Of a stretch of DNA of 64,000 nucleotides, positions 1-11,693 are shown in pieces. The position numbers and the translations under genes were made by a program. Below the pieces are notes generated by a model that worked only from the letters and a program-made list of their open reading frames with translations, did no database searches and had not been told where the DNA came from. The number at the start of each line of letters is the position of its first letter. Position 1 is the stretch's first letter. Where the stretch lies: assembly GCA_000146045.2 (NCBI GenBank), contig BK006948.2, positions 32,001 to 96,000 on the forward strand, read 5' to 3'. This stretch comes from TPA_inf: Saccharomyces (lineage: Eukaryota).

Positions 1-2328
1 GGAACCTTTTTGGAAAATTAAACTATTACCGAAAAAAGCCACAACACAGGGCCTAGCACCAAGCATTTTCACCCAATTCGTCATGAAAAGTCATTATTAC
101 CTTATTTCCAATTGGAGAGTTAGCCAGGAATCTCCGCTCAGAATGAACTAGCAGTATAAAGAAAAATATACGACTTGGATAAAGAGGAATGCTTTAGTAA
201 GCTACACCTCACTTTTCGATGAAAAGGAGTTAGTGGTTGCCTTCCGTGAGCGCGAGATATTTATTTTTATGTTCCTAAGGCGCGTGTCTACCTCGTATTT
301 CTGCAACGCGAGCACGGTTTTCTGTTGAGGAGTGGCTGGTAAAGGCCCTTTAAAAATACCACGCCATTTTAGTAGGCCCTACTAACTAATTCATAGCAAA
401 ATTCAGAACTTATCCATTAGAAATAAATTGCGGTGCCTACGAAAAGAACGTTCCCTTGGCAAAATTAAAGAAAAATTAAACGTGATCGGTCTATCGAGCA
501 GGCCATTGAAGCATATGTACAAGCACGGTTTGAGTGCTTAGAATTGAACAGTTATTACAGTTCTTAACACTGTTTCTCTAAAAGTGCAAAAAAGGCACGG
601 TCACATAGACTAATCTTGCAGCGGTTCCAAGGCTTATTTGTTGAGTTGGGTTAGTGGAACGAAGTAGCAGTCAATTCCAACGTAGATCGGTATATACGTT
701 CAAGCCCCCCTGAAAGTTGCCGAGGCCAAATGGAGAAAATAAGTTGTTCCCCTCTTTTTATTAAGAATTAAAGTGTTCTATTTTAGATTGATTTCCTACC
801 ATTGGTTTCAACTTCTCTCTCTGATTCAGTTAAGCGACGGTGTTTTTAATTCAGATTTGATTGTCCGTCTCCATTTTTTGGTAAGATAAGTGTGAGCAAG
901 TTTGAGGGGTTACTACTGACTCAGAAACCGTACTGCTATGTAGTACTTGCCTTCGTCCTACCTAGTAACTATTATTTCTACCTAGGAAACATTTTAGGGT
1001 ATGATCTACCCCATTGCGGGGTGCCTTTTTCTTACGTTAGCGAGTACTCGAATGAGGGTGAAATGGCATCGTCATTGATTGCCGAGGACAGACTCCCCAA
1101 CATTGAGGTGTTTATGGTTGGCCTTACTGATAAACCATAAAAATACGGTCCGATATGTGTAGTGGTTCCGTTATATTTTTGGCATGGTAAGCATGTATAG
1201 GTATATGCTACATTCAATTATCTGGAAAGGCGGTTTTTTAAGCTCATTTTCTTTTTTGAGCTTATTCTTGAAGATAATGCTATCACACGTGCATAATAAA
1301 ATAGTAGCTTTTTCTTGTAACTGCGCTCTTTTTTAGCCGCATTCCAATTTAGCCTTAAATCGTGAACGTGGAGATGATTATTTCATCTCAACTAACTTGT
1401 ATAACCTTATTTGCGTAGTCTTCGCGGGGTAATTTTTGATGGTGTAAACTTTTACCATAGAAATACGATACTCTACATGTAGTTTTGTCTATTTAGTGAA
1501 ATCCGACAAACTGCGACGGCTAGCAAGTTCTTGCTTGTTTCTCACTAACAGCTTATTCTTTCAAGGAAAGGTGTATAATTAGTTCGACAAAATTCAGTCC
1601 GATTCCAAAAATATGGTTGCTGAATCGAGAATCAACTATTGTTAATTGACTAGCAGTCTTCTTGCTAGTATATATGACATACTGGTGCAAATATGGCATA
1701 ACATCAAGAGGCAGTCATCATATCTAAAGGATACAGAAATGGAAGGATTGATAATGTAACAAGGTAATGAACGACAATATGTAAAATGAATGAAAGCCTC
1801 AATAATATCATACAGACAAAAATCGATTCCCTTTTGTGAATTTTTTTTTTTGTATCCTCCAGGAGAAATTCATACCTAATGAGAACAGTGGAATCCCAAC
1901 ACAATTATCTAATTTTTTCATCTATTTCTCATAGATAAAATGAAATTTCAATAATTGACCAATATTCACCTGGCCCATAATCAATCGCTGTAATAAAATC
2001 TCCAAAAAGGGTAAAACTAAACAACTTTTAAAATGTGAAAAATTAAGTAAAGAAAAAGATAAGAATAAAGTCCAACAAGAGTCAACTGCTTGAAATTTTC
2101 AGCTGAAGTGGAAAAGAGGTGCTGATCATTGAGTGCCAAACGGAAGTTTGTTGCTGCCGCAATGTCAATGAAGCATTAAGCTCTGACGTTTTGCCGTTTC
2201 TTTTTGGGCAGTATGCGATCAATTTATGCTAGCCAAAAGAAAAAAATCGTATGCGCGCTGAATCAGCCGTAGCTAGCTGTCGACAATGACATGGCGGAAG
2301 CGCTGTTTTTAAAGGCTTCTTATAATTG

Positions 2329-2354
2329 ACCTTCAGGGTTAGGACCCTGAAGGT
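2329..2354. promoter_or_regulatory. Two Zap1 zinc-responsive-element (ZRE)-like 11-mers, ACCTTCAGGGT, arranged as a perfect inverted repeat with a 4-bp spacer, ~300 bp upstream of the ZPS1 ATG
   Basis: Seen in sequence: accttcagggt-tagg-accctgaaggt. Each arm is 10/11 to the ZRE consensus ACCTTNAAGGT. ZPS1 is a known Zap1 target. Confidence 0.55.
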
Positions 2355-2657
2355 TTTTTGTAGCCATACTGCTTACAAGAATGTAACCTCTTTGGAGGAA
2401 AAAGAAATTATACTTTCTTTTCCAGATCACGAATCTGTTGAAGTACTGTTCTTTTCCGTGGCTTGAACCCTCTACAAGAGATCTATAGACGCCGCACATG
2501 CTTTCAAATAGAGCTACATTCTGGTCCTTCAATATATCAATTAGAAACGTATAAAAACAAGACAAAATTACTGTCATTGGGGGAGAACAACCCATCTAGG
2601 AATTGGGATTGAGCAATTAAGATAGAAAACCAAATCCACACACAACTACTAAACATT

Positions 2658-3407
2658 ATGAAGTTCTCTTCCGGCAAATCTATCATCTTTGCAACTATTG
2701 CTTCTCTAGCTTTGAGTGCTCCTGTCACTTACGACACCAACTCTACTGCTGAGTTACAATCTCCTTCATCTCAAGAAATTCTGGGTTGGAGTCACGCAAC
2801 TTTTCCTACCATTTACCAAACCTGTAATGAGACGAACGCAAGAATGTTGAATGCAGCTTTTAAGGATACCGCTGAAATCACCGCTTATGGTAAAGATAGA
2901 CTTTTGAACTATGGTGTCGATGACGTTTACTACAAAAGATGGTTTGGTAATGGTAGTATTTTCACCGTCATGGGTGTCTTTGAGCAATTGATGGAGGCTT
3001 CCAAGGGTGCCATGCTCATGAGATGTGATGATATTGATGGCTTGTGTGCAGCTAATCCAAACTATTACGCTGGTCATCACCGTCAATCTGCTCCAGCTGA
3101 AACTGTTATTTGTGATTACTTCTACACTTCCAAAAAGCCACTATCAACAATTTGTTTCGAAGGTACTATTGTCGATGTCGGTCCAAAACATTATGCAGGT
3201 ATTGATATGTTACATCGTTACTTGCACGTCCCTACCATGAGTATGGATGGATATGTTGGCGAGTACGCGGAAACTCTTGAAGAAGTTGTGGACTACACCC
3301 AGAACAATGCTACTTACGCAGTTAGAAACACCGACAACTATCTTTACTATCTCGCTGACGTTTACAGTGCTTCTGTTATACCTGGTGGCTGTCTAGGTAA
3401 CTTGTAA
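2658..3407 (+). CDS. ZPS1: Zinc- and pH-regulated cell-surface protein, deuterolysin/PRA1-like (YOL154W), 249 aa
   Basis: Complete ORF with stop. N-terminal signal peptide (MKFSSGKSIIFATIASLALSA). Protein recognised as Zps1 / Candida Pra1 family. Confidence 0.9.
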   Translation: MKFSSGKSIIFATIASLALSAPVTYDTNSTAELQSPSSQEILGWSHATFPTIYQTCNETNARMLNAAFKDTAEITAYGKDRLLNYGVDDVYYKRWFGNGSIFTVMGVFEQLMEASKGAMLMRCDDIDGLCAANPNYYAGHHRQSAPAETVICDYFYTSKKPLSTICFEGTIVDVGPKHYAGIDMLHRYLHVPTMSMDGYVGEYAETLEEVVDYTQNNATYAVRNTDNYLYYLADVYSASVIPGGCLGNL

Positions 3408-4821
3408 TAACCACATCATTACTTCCACAGAATATGTTTTCTATACCGTAAATATTAGTTCGTTTATGTTTTTAAAATAAATTGGAGCTATTCTTTTTCA
3501 TTGAATTAGATGGTATTTTTTATATGATTGCAAACTTTGACGAGAATGTACTGCTCATTATTTTTCGTAAACTGCAAAAAATTGAGCACAATATAAGTAT
3601 CTCAGTGCATTGTATACGTGTCGAGTAATGAATCAAACAATAGCATTCTTCTTCTCAATTTTACAATAGTCTGAAACAATTTAATGACAAGTTTATCATA
3701 ATTGTGTTATTATTATATTTATATTTAGAGGCCTATATTGCGCATCGAACTTTTCAAAATCCGCGCAAAATTATAGAATTCATCATATATAATGAAGGAA
3801 CTGTGTTCCTGAAAAGAACAAAAAAAGGATTAACTACAAAATGAAACATAAATATGTCTTTTATCAATTAAATTAATGATAATTTATTCTTACCGAACGT
3901 TTTCTTCTACCAAGTTTTTCGCCTACGCACCTACATTTCCTCTTTTGAATTTCATGGCAATAAATAGTAAAGAAATCAATGATCGTCTTGGTTTTATTAA
4001 AAAACTTGAGAATAACATAACCCTTTAATAGGCCAATGCAACTGATAGAACACCAGAAAAAGTTGTAATGCCAGTGCGGCTGAACAGAATCTGTGGTAAT
4101 AGATTTCGGGTATAATGCGCAAATTAGGAATACTCATATGTTCAGATAGAATAAATAATAAAGAGACCTTCAACATAAAAAACTAATAGGACCTTCATGG
4201 GCAAAAAGACAGGATTACGCTAAAATATACTTCAGTGATTTTCTGTTAATATGCGAAAGAAAGACACATAAAATATTGGTGAACAGGGCAAAAAATTTTA
4301 GATTTGTCAGTCAGTGAACAATATTTCAATTGGTCACTTATAGAAAAGATTATTATAATTACCCATGTTAGTGTCGCCAAACACTATTATGAAATAAAGA
4401 TAATATTCTATTAGCAATGGTCTCAAATTAATATGAACGGGCATCATTGGCACAGAGTAACCATTTTAAAATAAAAAGAGGGCAGGAACTCTCACACATT
4501 TCGGTACGAACAAACTGATATACTATATCTATTAAACCGTAATTCCAGACGCGTAATACTACAGCATAATCTTCAATATAGATATGACAAGAAAAGAACA
4601 AGTTTTTCCATAATAAGTATCCCATTTTACCTACATTTCCCTTCTTCGGTATGTTAAATTATTAATATTCTTTGCAATTGTTGGCCGTTGAGTAAAGTTC
4701 TAATTTCAAAAATACTAGACTTTGACTGAAACGTTATAGGAGTTTTAATATCAATAGACCGTTTGGCCAAGACGCGTTCAACATATACACTGGTCTACCA
4801 TTATATAAAAAAATTCGCCCA

Positions 4822-6567
4822 TTAATCATGGCCATACTCGTTGACATTCACAATATATTCATAGACAAATGCTACTGCTGAAACGTGTGAAGATGCTGAA
4901 ATATGTTCATTAACAGAATGTATTGTCCTTAGTTGGTCAAATGGAAAGATACCTGCAACAAATCTATAGATGTTTTTGCTTAATCCCCAGTAATACTTGG
5001 TATCGGTATTACCAGAAAACAAGCCACCCGTAACGTAGACATCTGCATCTTTCTGCTCAGCCAAAATTTCGTTTTGAAACAAGTTTTGAACAGTACCTGC
5101 AAAAATCTCCCAGACATGTCCTGAAGTTGGCGATACTGGTGCTGGTTCTAACATTTTTTCACTTGCTAAAGAAATGTGGCCAAGTTTTGTTTCCGGGATG
5201 ATAATCTCGTCATGGAATGTCAAACCATACCCGTGCTTTTCAGCAATAACTCTGGCCCAATACAAATCATTTTACACAGTTTCGTTCACAGATGAATGAA
5301 TATCCACTCTATGGTTAACAATAAAGCTGGTCAATCCTGGCAATGCATTAGCCTTGACACCGCCATTAATGACATCGACTGCTCTAGTTGTTCTTATTAG
5401 GTCACGAATGTCAGGGTGCGATGCAGCAAATTCCGTCAAAACCTTCCTTTTCCCTTCATCCACAGGTGCTTTTAAGATTGCCTCCCTGACATGTGGTGGC
5501 AGAAAACCTGAATGCTCGGCAGCACATTGTAATACATCATAAATGGGGTTATCAAGTGAGAAATTATAATCGAATGGGTGATTTTCCATCATATATATCA
5601 ATTCTGATGCAACACCAATGGTAGTATGGTCAGGTTGTACGGATGAATGACCACCATGACCATGGATACTAATCCTTACGTCAACGTAACCCTTCTCAGC
5701 ATTTACAGCAGCTGCAATGTAAAGGTTTTTATCCAGTCTTAGGAGTCCAGCACCTTCATCAATAATGGAAAACATGCTATCCGGGCCATACCTTTCCAAC
5801 AGAAATGGTGCCAAGACTTTAGCGCCCATAAAACCGCTTGACTCCTCATCAAAGCCCAGAGATAATATAACGGTCCTTTCAGTCTGATAACCATCGGCAA
5901 GCAGTTGTTCTATACCCTCTAACTCAGCGAGCATTAAGTTCTTACAATCATTGGAGCCGCGACCCCAAACATAGTCCGTTTCTTGATCATAGTGACCCGA
6001 CAATGGTGGATACTGCCAAGAATCCCATATTTCCCTGTTAACTGGCACCACATCTTGATGTGCCATAAATAATATTGGTTTCAAACTCGGATCTGTACCT
6101 TCCCATGTATATAATAGACCCAATTGGTTGACTTTTTCCACCTTTAGATGAGAGTGAACAAGAGGAAAAGTCTCTTAGAAATATTTGTGAAGTTTGAAGA
6201 ATTCTGAATAGTACTCTGGGTCATCGTTTGGAAGCGGGTTTGTGTCACTAATTTCTGTAGGAATTTGAATGGCACCAGACAACTTTCTTATTGAGTCTAT
6301 TTTGAATTGCTTATCGTTCAGAATCAAATTCACAGACTTGTTAAACGATGGACGATATACTTGAGGCTTTTTACATTGTGGAGAGGCAGGAACGTCAAAA
6401 GTGGAATTTGGGACGGGTTTGGTAAAGCTGCTGATATAAGCTAAGAGCAACGTCAATAAACCAATTAATGGCAGACCAAATTTTTTACACTTAGAATAGG
6501 TAGAGGAGGTTGGCTGCTTAGAAGAAGGATACACATCCGGAAGCGGAGCGTGATGAGTCTCTGTCAT
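4822..6567 (-). pseudogene. YOL153C, a CPS1-like Gly-X carboxypeptidase (M20 peptidase) whose reading frame is blocked by two in-frame TAA stops (RC of plus 6175-6177 and 5272-5274). The three ORF pieces (6567-6175, 6141-5272, 5265-4822) are all in one frame.
   Basis: The three minus-strand ORFs are exactly in frame (6567-6141 = 426 nt, 6141-5265 = 876 nt). The N-terminus has a TM anchor like Cps1. The HGHGGH / peptidase M20 motifs are in the middle piece. From memory, the S288C annotation lists this as a blocked reading frame. Confidence 0.8.
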
Positions 6568-8570
6568 ATAAGCGTTTTAGTATATGGGAGGAATGACAGA
6601 GTATAAGCCGTTATGGTATACTACTACGAATACATAATTAAGAATAGGGTTTTAATGTAGTTGCTTGTATATCTTCTATGTTCCCCTTTTTAAGCACCCC
6701 TTAGAAAATATATATTGTCGAGGATTTTTCTCCAGAGACCATGAAATGAAAAAGAATCCGAAATATGCACTCCTTCGACCAAGGCTTTAGAGCACCCTCA
6801 TTTAAAGCCCGACCTGTAGTGCATATGCAAGATTAAGAAAAAGAACAGAGAGAAAAGTCCGCTTTACCATAATGTTAATTTATTCTAAATGCTCTCATTG
6901 ACTTTTATTTCACCGACCCTGAGTCAAATTTTCGACCATGTTATATACATGCTATTTAGTAATCAAGTGATTAATTTTACCGAACTCAAAGTTGCAGCCG
7001 CAGAAAATAGTCATCTGATAATCTTATATATAGATCCGACTTATTAAAGGACATAATTTTCAAAGAATCGGGTACGTGCCTAATGCAATCATGTCGTGTC
7101 AATCAACTTCCCCCATACTATATCATTGTTTTACGCCACGTTAATAGGAACCAACGAATTTCTTAAAGCCAATCCTTACTGCTATTTGCAGATGGACTGA
7201 CGGTTATGCATTCACTAACACCCCAGGTCTTACCGTACCACATATTTAGGTGCAATACTAATCAATTGTCTCTTGAACAGTAACGACGAAAGTATGAACT
7301 TCTTATCTATGCTATCTTCAACGTGATAGTTTATGCTACTTTGCAGATGTTTGAGTTAACCTGCTAAAATATATTAAAGCAGCTATAGTTATTTTGAGTT
7401 GGTCTATACAACTTCAGGAAAATGTCGTTTGAATATTCCTGCACAACGCTGGGATATTTACAACCAAAGATGCCACTACAAATAATAATGACATGTATAT
7501 GAGAACATTGCAAACGATTAACGCTGCTCACTTAATGCTATGTAGACTTCAATATATGTCTTTGAAAAACGCTTTTCCACAATCACAGGATAGCAGAGGG
7601 ATGCCTAGAGGAATACTCCCCGGCTAAAAATGCCTGAGACTGCCCATATATTCCCACGGTAATTATCCATATAATAACGAAATTGAGTTTTCTATAAGTA
7701 ACATCAGCCCATCACCCATTTATTTGTTCTATAGAATACTATACTCTTTTGCTCCAGTGTCTTACCTCAAGTGGACGCGCTCTCAGTGCCAAATACAGAG
7801 ACAACAAGGACCTGGAGAGTTGTTCATAACAAAAGTTTCATCATGCCACCAGCGTAATGACAGCCGCAGCAGTGTTTGACCAATTGAACTATGATAAAAC
7901 TACATTATGGTTTCTGACTATGTCTGTACATCCATGCATCATCTTTTGAAGTTTTTATTTTGATAGCATCCTATTTTGTGACTCTTACTTTACAAGAACG
8001 CCAACATAGGGAGTGATTGATATTCTCTGAATTTATCTGGATACAGCCAATGACATCCTGAAATACCTATAGTGACAGTAGCGCATTTCCTGGTCATTTA
8101 TTAATGGTTTTAGACACAAAATGAAGATAACAGATAATACGAAAGTATCTTAAACTGCAAAGGGGATCTATACGCCACGACTTACTGAACATCTCTGACC
8201 AATAGAAGATCCCTCAAGTTTATTAGGCAACTACAGTATGTTATTACAAGAGCATACGCCTGTATTTGGATGGCCAATGAACAAGGAGGATATTTTTTCC
8301 ACATATAAGTGACCGCCATTAAACAAGACATGTTTGAAATAACCTCCTTCTGTCATACTATGTGCTCACTATTTTCAGAAAATGCGGTTGAAAATCCTCG
8401 TCTGCGCAAATTGAAAAAGTCGATATACGTTTCAAGTAACGCAGCCGAAATGCCCGTTTGCCAAGCTTATTATATTTGGAAAAGTGTCAAATTATAGTGC
8501 TCGCATCTGGATGTACCGCGCATATTTCTTAGTTAAGCAGGATGTATAACTGCGCATTAATACGTGAGCA

Positions 8571-8578
8571 TTTGCGCA
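8571..8578. promoter_or_regulatory. Mac1 copper-response element-like TTTGCGCA, within the palindrome TTTGCGCAAA, ~175 bp upstream of FRE7. A GCTCA core lies adjacent at 8563-8569 on the minus strand.
   Basis: Matches the CuRE consensus TTTGC(T/G)C(A/G). FRE7 is a known low-copper, Mac1-regulated gene. Confidence 0.4.
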
Positions 8579-8747
8579 AATTCACTTCTTAAAATCTCTG
8601 AAGTACTTCTTCATTATGCACTCGTTTGTTCTCAAGATCATATAAACCATGCCTTTATTACCAATACTAAAAGTTTTTTATTGCAAGTAAAGGGATATTT
8701 CAAATTTTTATTTCAAAGTTTATTTATATACATCGATAAATAATAAA

Positions 8748-10610
8748 ATGATTGAAGAAAGAGATTTGGTTTTAAGCAATGGTATCCATTGTATTGCTGA
8801 CATCCACTCCGAACTATACGCCAGGTTAAAAAAAGAATCGCAGGCAGCGACACCATGGGTGTACCAAAAACAATACGGAAAATTCGTCACTTACTTTGTC
8901 GCTGTGATAATTTTTTTGTCTTTGATAAAAAAGCTGGCATTTATGTATTATGATTCCAGTGAGGAATTTCTTCCAGAAAAGAAGAACTCGCCGACTACCC
9001 CTTCTGTATTCCTTGCTCGAATAATGACGAAACTTGTCGCATTCAACAGATACATTTGCTACAGGAAATTTCCCACGTTGATATTTTCTTATTTAGGTAT
9101 TCCGACATCTGTGGGTACTTTTTTAGTAGTAATGGCTACCACTTTATACACACTTCTATACTGCTTTGTTCCTCATCCATTCTACAGACCTTGTGCAGGA
9201 TTTGGTTCGCCGCCTTTGTCTGTTCGTGCAGGCATAATGGCAATATCTTTGGTTCCGTTTGTATTCTCACTTTCCGGGAAGATCAACGTTATAGGTTGGT
9301 TGGTTGGGCTTTCGTATGAAAAAATCAACATATACCACCAATGGGCATCCATTCTTTGTTTATTCTTTAGCTGGGTTCATGTCATTCCCTTCCTACGTCA
9401 AGCACGACATGAGGGAGGATATGAAAGAATGCATCAACGGTGGAAGGCATCCGACATGTGGAGGAGTGGTGTCCCACCCATCTTATTTTTGAATCTGCTA
9501 TGGTTATCTTCGCTGCCTATTGCTAGAAGACATTTTTATGAGATTTTTTTGCAACTTCATTGGATTTTAGCTGTTGGATTTTACATTAGTTTGTTCTATC
9601 ATGTATATCCCGAATTGAATTCCCATATGTATCTGGTTGCTACAATTGTGGTTTGGTTTGCACAACTGTTTTACAGACTAGCTGTGAAGGGTTATTTAAG
9701 ACCTGGTAGAAGTTTCATGGCCTCGACCATTGCAAATGTCAGCATAGTCGGCGAAGGATGCGTAGAATTGATCGTCAAAGATGTGGAAATGGCCTATTCC
9801 CCAGGTCAACACATATTCGTGAGAACTATTGATAAGGGCATCATTTCCAACCATCCATTTTCTATCTTTCCGAGTGCAAAGTATCCCGGAGGAATAAAAA
9901 TGCTGATTAGAGCCCAGAAAGGGTTTTCTAAAAGGCTATACGAAAGTAATGACGACATGAAGAAAATTCTTATTGATGGGCCTTATGGTGGAATCGAGAG
10001 AGATATTAGAAGTTTTACCAATGTCTACTTGATTTGCTCTGGTTCAGGTATATCTACATGCTTACCTTTCCTGCAAAAATATGGCCCCATACTCCATAAG
10101 ACAAACTTAGAAGTTATTACATTGGACTGGGTGGTAAGACATAGGGAGGATATATCATGGATTAGAGATGAAATGTGTACCCTCTCAAATAATTTGCGCC
10201 AGTTATTTTTAGATGGGAAAATTGTGGTTAGAATTTACGTCTGCTCGGACAGTACCGTCCCTGGTATTATTAAAACTTTCCCTCAAACAATAGACACCGC
10301 CAGTGACCAATCTGATTTAGCTAAAAGAGAAAAAGATACCGAATTCGGCCAGGATGATACTGAGTCAAATTCAACTTTCGACAAATCCAATAACGAATAT
10401 AAAGGTCTCATCACCATTATTCCTTCCAAACCTGATTTGAATCAGGTCATTAATGATTACCAAATTGGGTTCAGGAACTGCTTCATTTGTTCAGGTTCTG
10501 ACAGCCTAAGGTATACCGTCGGAAATTCCGTGGCAGGTTTACAGGCCAAGGTTTTTTCTAACAAAAATGTCGAAGAGTGCTATTTACACAGCGAGAGTTT
10601 TGGCTACTAG
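8748..10610 (+). CDS. FRE7: Ferric/cupric reductase, FRE family (YOL152W), 620 aa
   Basis: Complete ORF. Multiple TM segments with haem-ligating His, and C-terminal FAD/NADPH (HPFS, GPYG) motifs typical of the NOX/FRE family. Confidence 0.9.
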   Translation: MIEERDLVLSNGIHCIADIHSELYARLKKESQAATPWVYQKQYGKFVTYFVAVIIFLSLIKKLAFMYYDSSEEFLPEKKNSPTTPSVFLARIMTKLVAFNRYICYRKFPTLIFSYLGIPTSVGTFLVVMATTLYTLLYCFVPHPFYRPCAGFGSPPLSVRAGIMAISLVPFVFSLSGKINVIGWLVGLSYEKINIYHQWASILCLFFSWVHVIPFLRQARHEGGYERMHQRWKASDMWRSGVPPILFLNLLWLSSLPIARRHFYEIFLQLHWILAVGFYISLFYHVYPELNSHMYLVATIVVWFAQLFYRLAVKGYLRPGRSFMASTIANVSIVGEGCVELIVKDVEMAYSPGQHIFVRTIDKGIISNHPFSIFPSAKYPGGIKMLIRAQKGFSKRLYESNDDMKKILIDGPYGGIERDIRSFTNVYLICSGSGISTCLPFLQKYGPILHKTNLEVITLDWVVRHREDISWIRDEMCTLSNNLRQLFLDGKIVVRIYVCSDSTVPGIIKTFPQTIDTASDQSDLAKREKDTEFGQDDTESNSTFDKSNNEYKGLITIIPSKPDLNQVINDYQIGFRNCFICSGSDSLRYTVGNSVAGLQAKVFSNKNVEECYLHSESFGY

Positions 10611-11469
10611 TAGGAAACAGATGGCATCCACCATGTGAAATATCATTCAAGCATTTCGGCAAAACCATGTAAATATTTGATTATTAGCGGGTAAATATGT
10701 AATAGTTATGCACTTTAATTCTTTTGTTCATCTAGAAGACAATACAACGCATTTCTTGGCTAACCATCTTACAGCCTTGAGGGTAAAGGGCGGGCAAACG
10801 AACAAAAGTACAAAATTTCCATCCTTGTTTGATAATCATTTCCTCGGACCAGATAAGAATGAGCAGCCGAAATAAACGGTAACGTGATTAAAACCGCTAG
10901 AAGAGTGTTTTTGTAAGGATGAAAACCTCAGTGAGAAAGTTGACAATATAAACATTATCAGCTTTTCTCGCCCTCTTTTGCACTTCCTGCAACATTACTT
11001 GTTCTGCAGCTTGTTTCTTCCAAATATATCCATGCTCTCGGTGTGCCACTTCTGGGGTTTCTCACCAATAACAGAACATATCCAGTATAATACATACACC
11101 ATATTCACACCCTATTTCATATCATTAACCTCTTCATTTTTAAATGCCAGCGATTACTTTGACTTCTAATCAAGAACGCGAAAAAAAATTACCGCGTGAA
11201 CTATGTCATATTTGCGATTTTAGGTACAATAAATATTATCATTATTATATTATGTTTGCATGTAGGTTCTACAAATACATTGTTGTACGCTATAGTTTCC
11301 TTTCAAAACTAGAAAGAATTCGTAACAAAATAATCTCCAATATTTTATAGCACCTTATTAATATCAATGCTGCAATACCTTCTCATTTCAACAATTGGCC
11401 CTCACCTCTTTTGTACAAAAAACGTCGCCATTGATAAAATAAGTAAGAAGCATATAATTGGAATGTCCA

Positions 11470-11509
11470 TTACGTAAAAGAAAAAAAATCATGTGTACAT
11501 ATTACGTAA
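11470..11509. promoter_or_regulatory. Two CRE-type sites, TTACGTAA (11470-11477 and 11502-11509), of the ATF/CREB Sko1 class in the GRE2 promoter
   Basis: Exact palindromic TTACGTAA occurs twice, ~220 and ~190 bp upstream of the GRE2 ATG. GRE2 is a known Sko1/Hog1-regulated gene. Confidence 0.5.
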
Positions 11510-11693
11510 TAGAATACGGAATTTTCTCGCGGAAGTAGATCTTCCGTGGAAAAAAAGGAAAAAGTCCGATCAATATTGAAAAAGGGATCCTTAGTTTCCC
11601 AACTATATAAGGAGGAAAAGTCTATCTCTGTAGCGTTGATATAACGTGTACGATTTTCAAACAAACAGATAGCAGTATCACACGCCCGTAAAT

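Noticed and set aside
600-760. tRNA-like fragments (agttgggttagtgg ... gttcaagcccccc) resembling D-loop and T-loop boxes
   Set aside because: I could not fold a cloverleaf. The putative T-stem flanks (atacg / ccccc) do not pair, and no acceptor stem is present. Judged a chance resemblance.
892-2595. Small ORFs of 61-91 aa on both strands upstream of ZPS1 (892-1140, 1032-1217, 1704-1904, 2320-2595)
   Set aside because: They are short, mutually overlapping, and low-complexity or hydrophobic. They carry no recognisable domains. One overlaps the ZRE palindrome. Consistent with random ORFs in AT-rich intergenic DNA.
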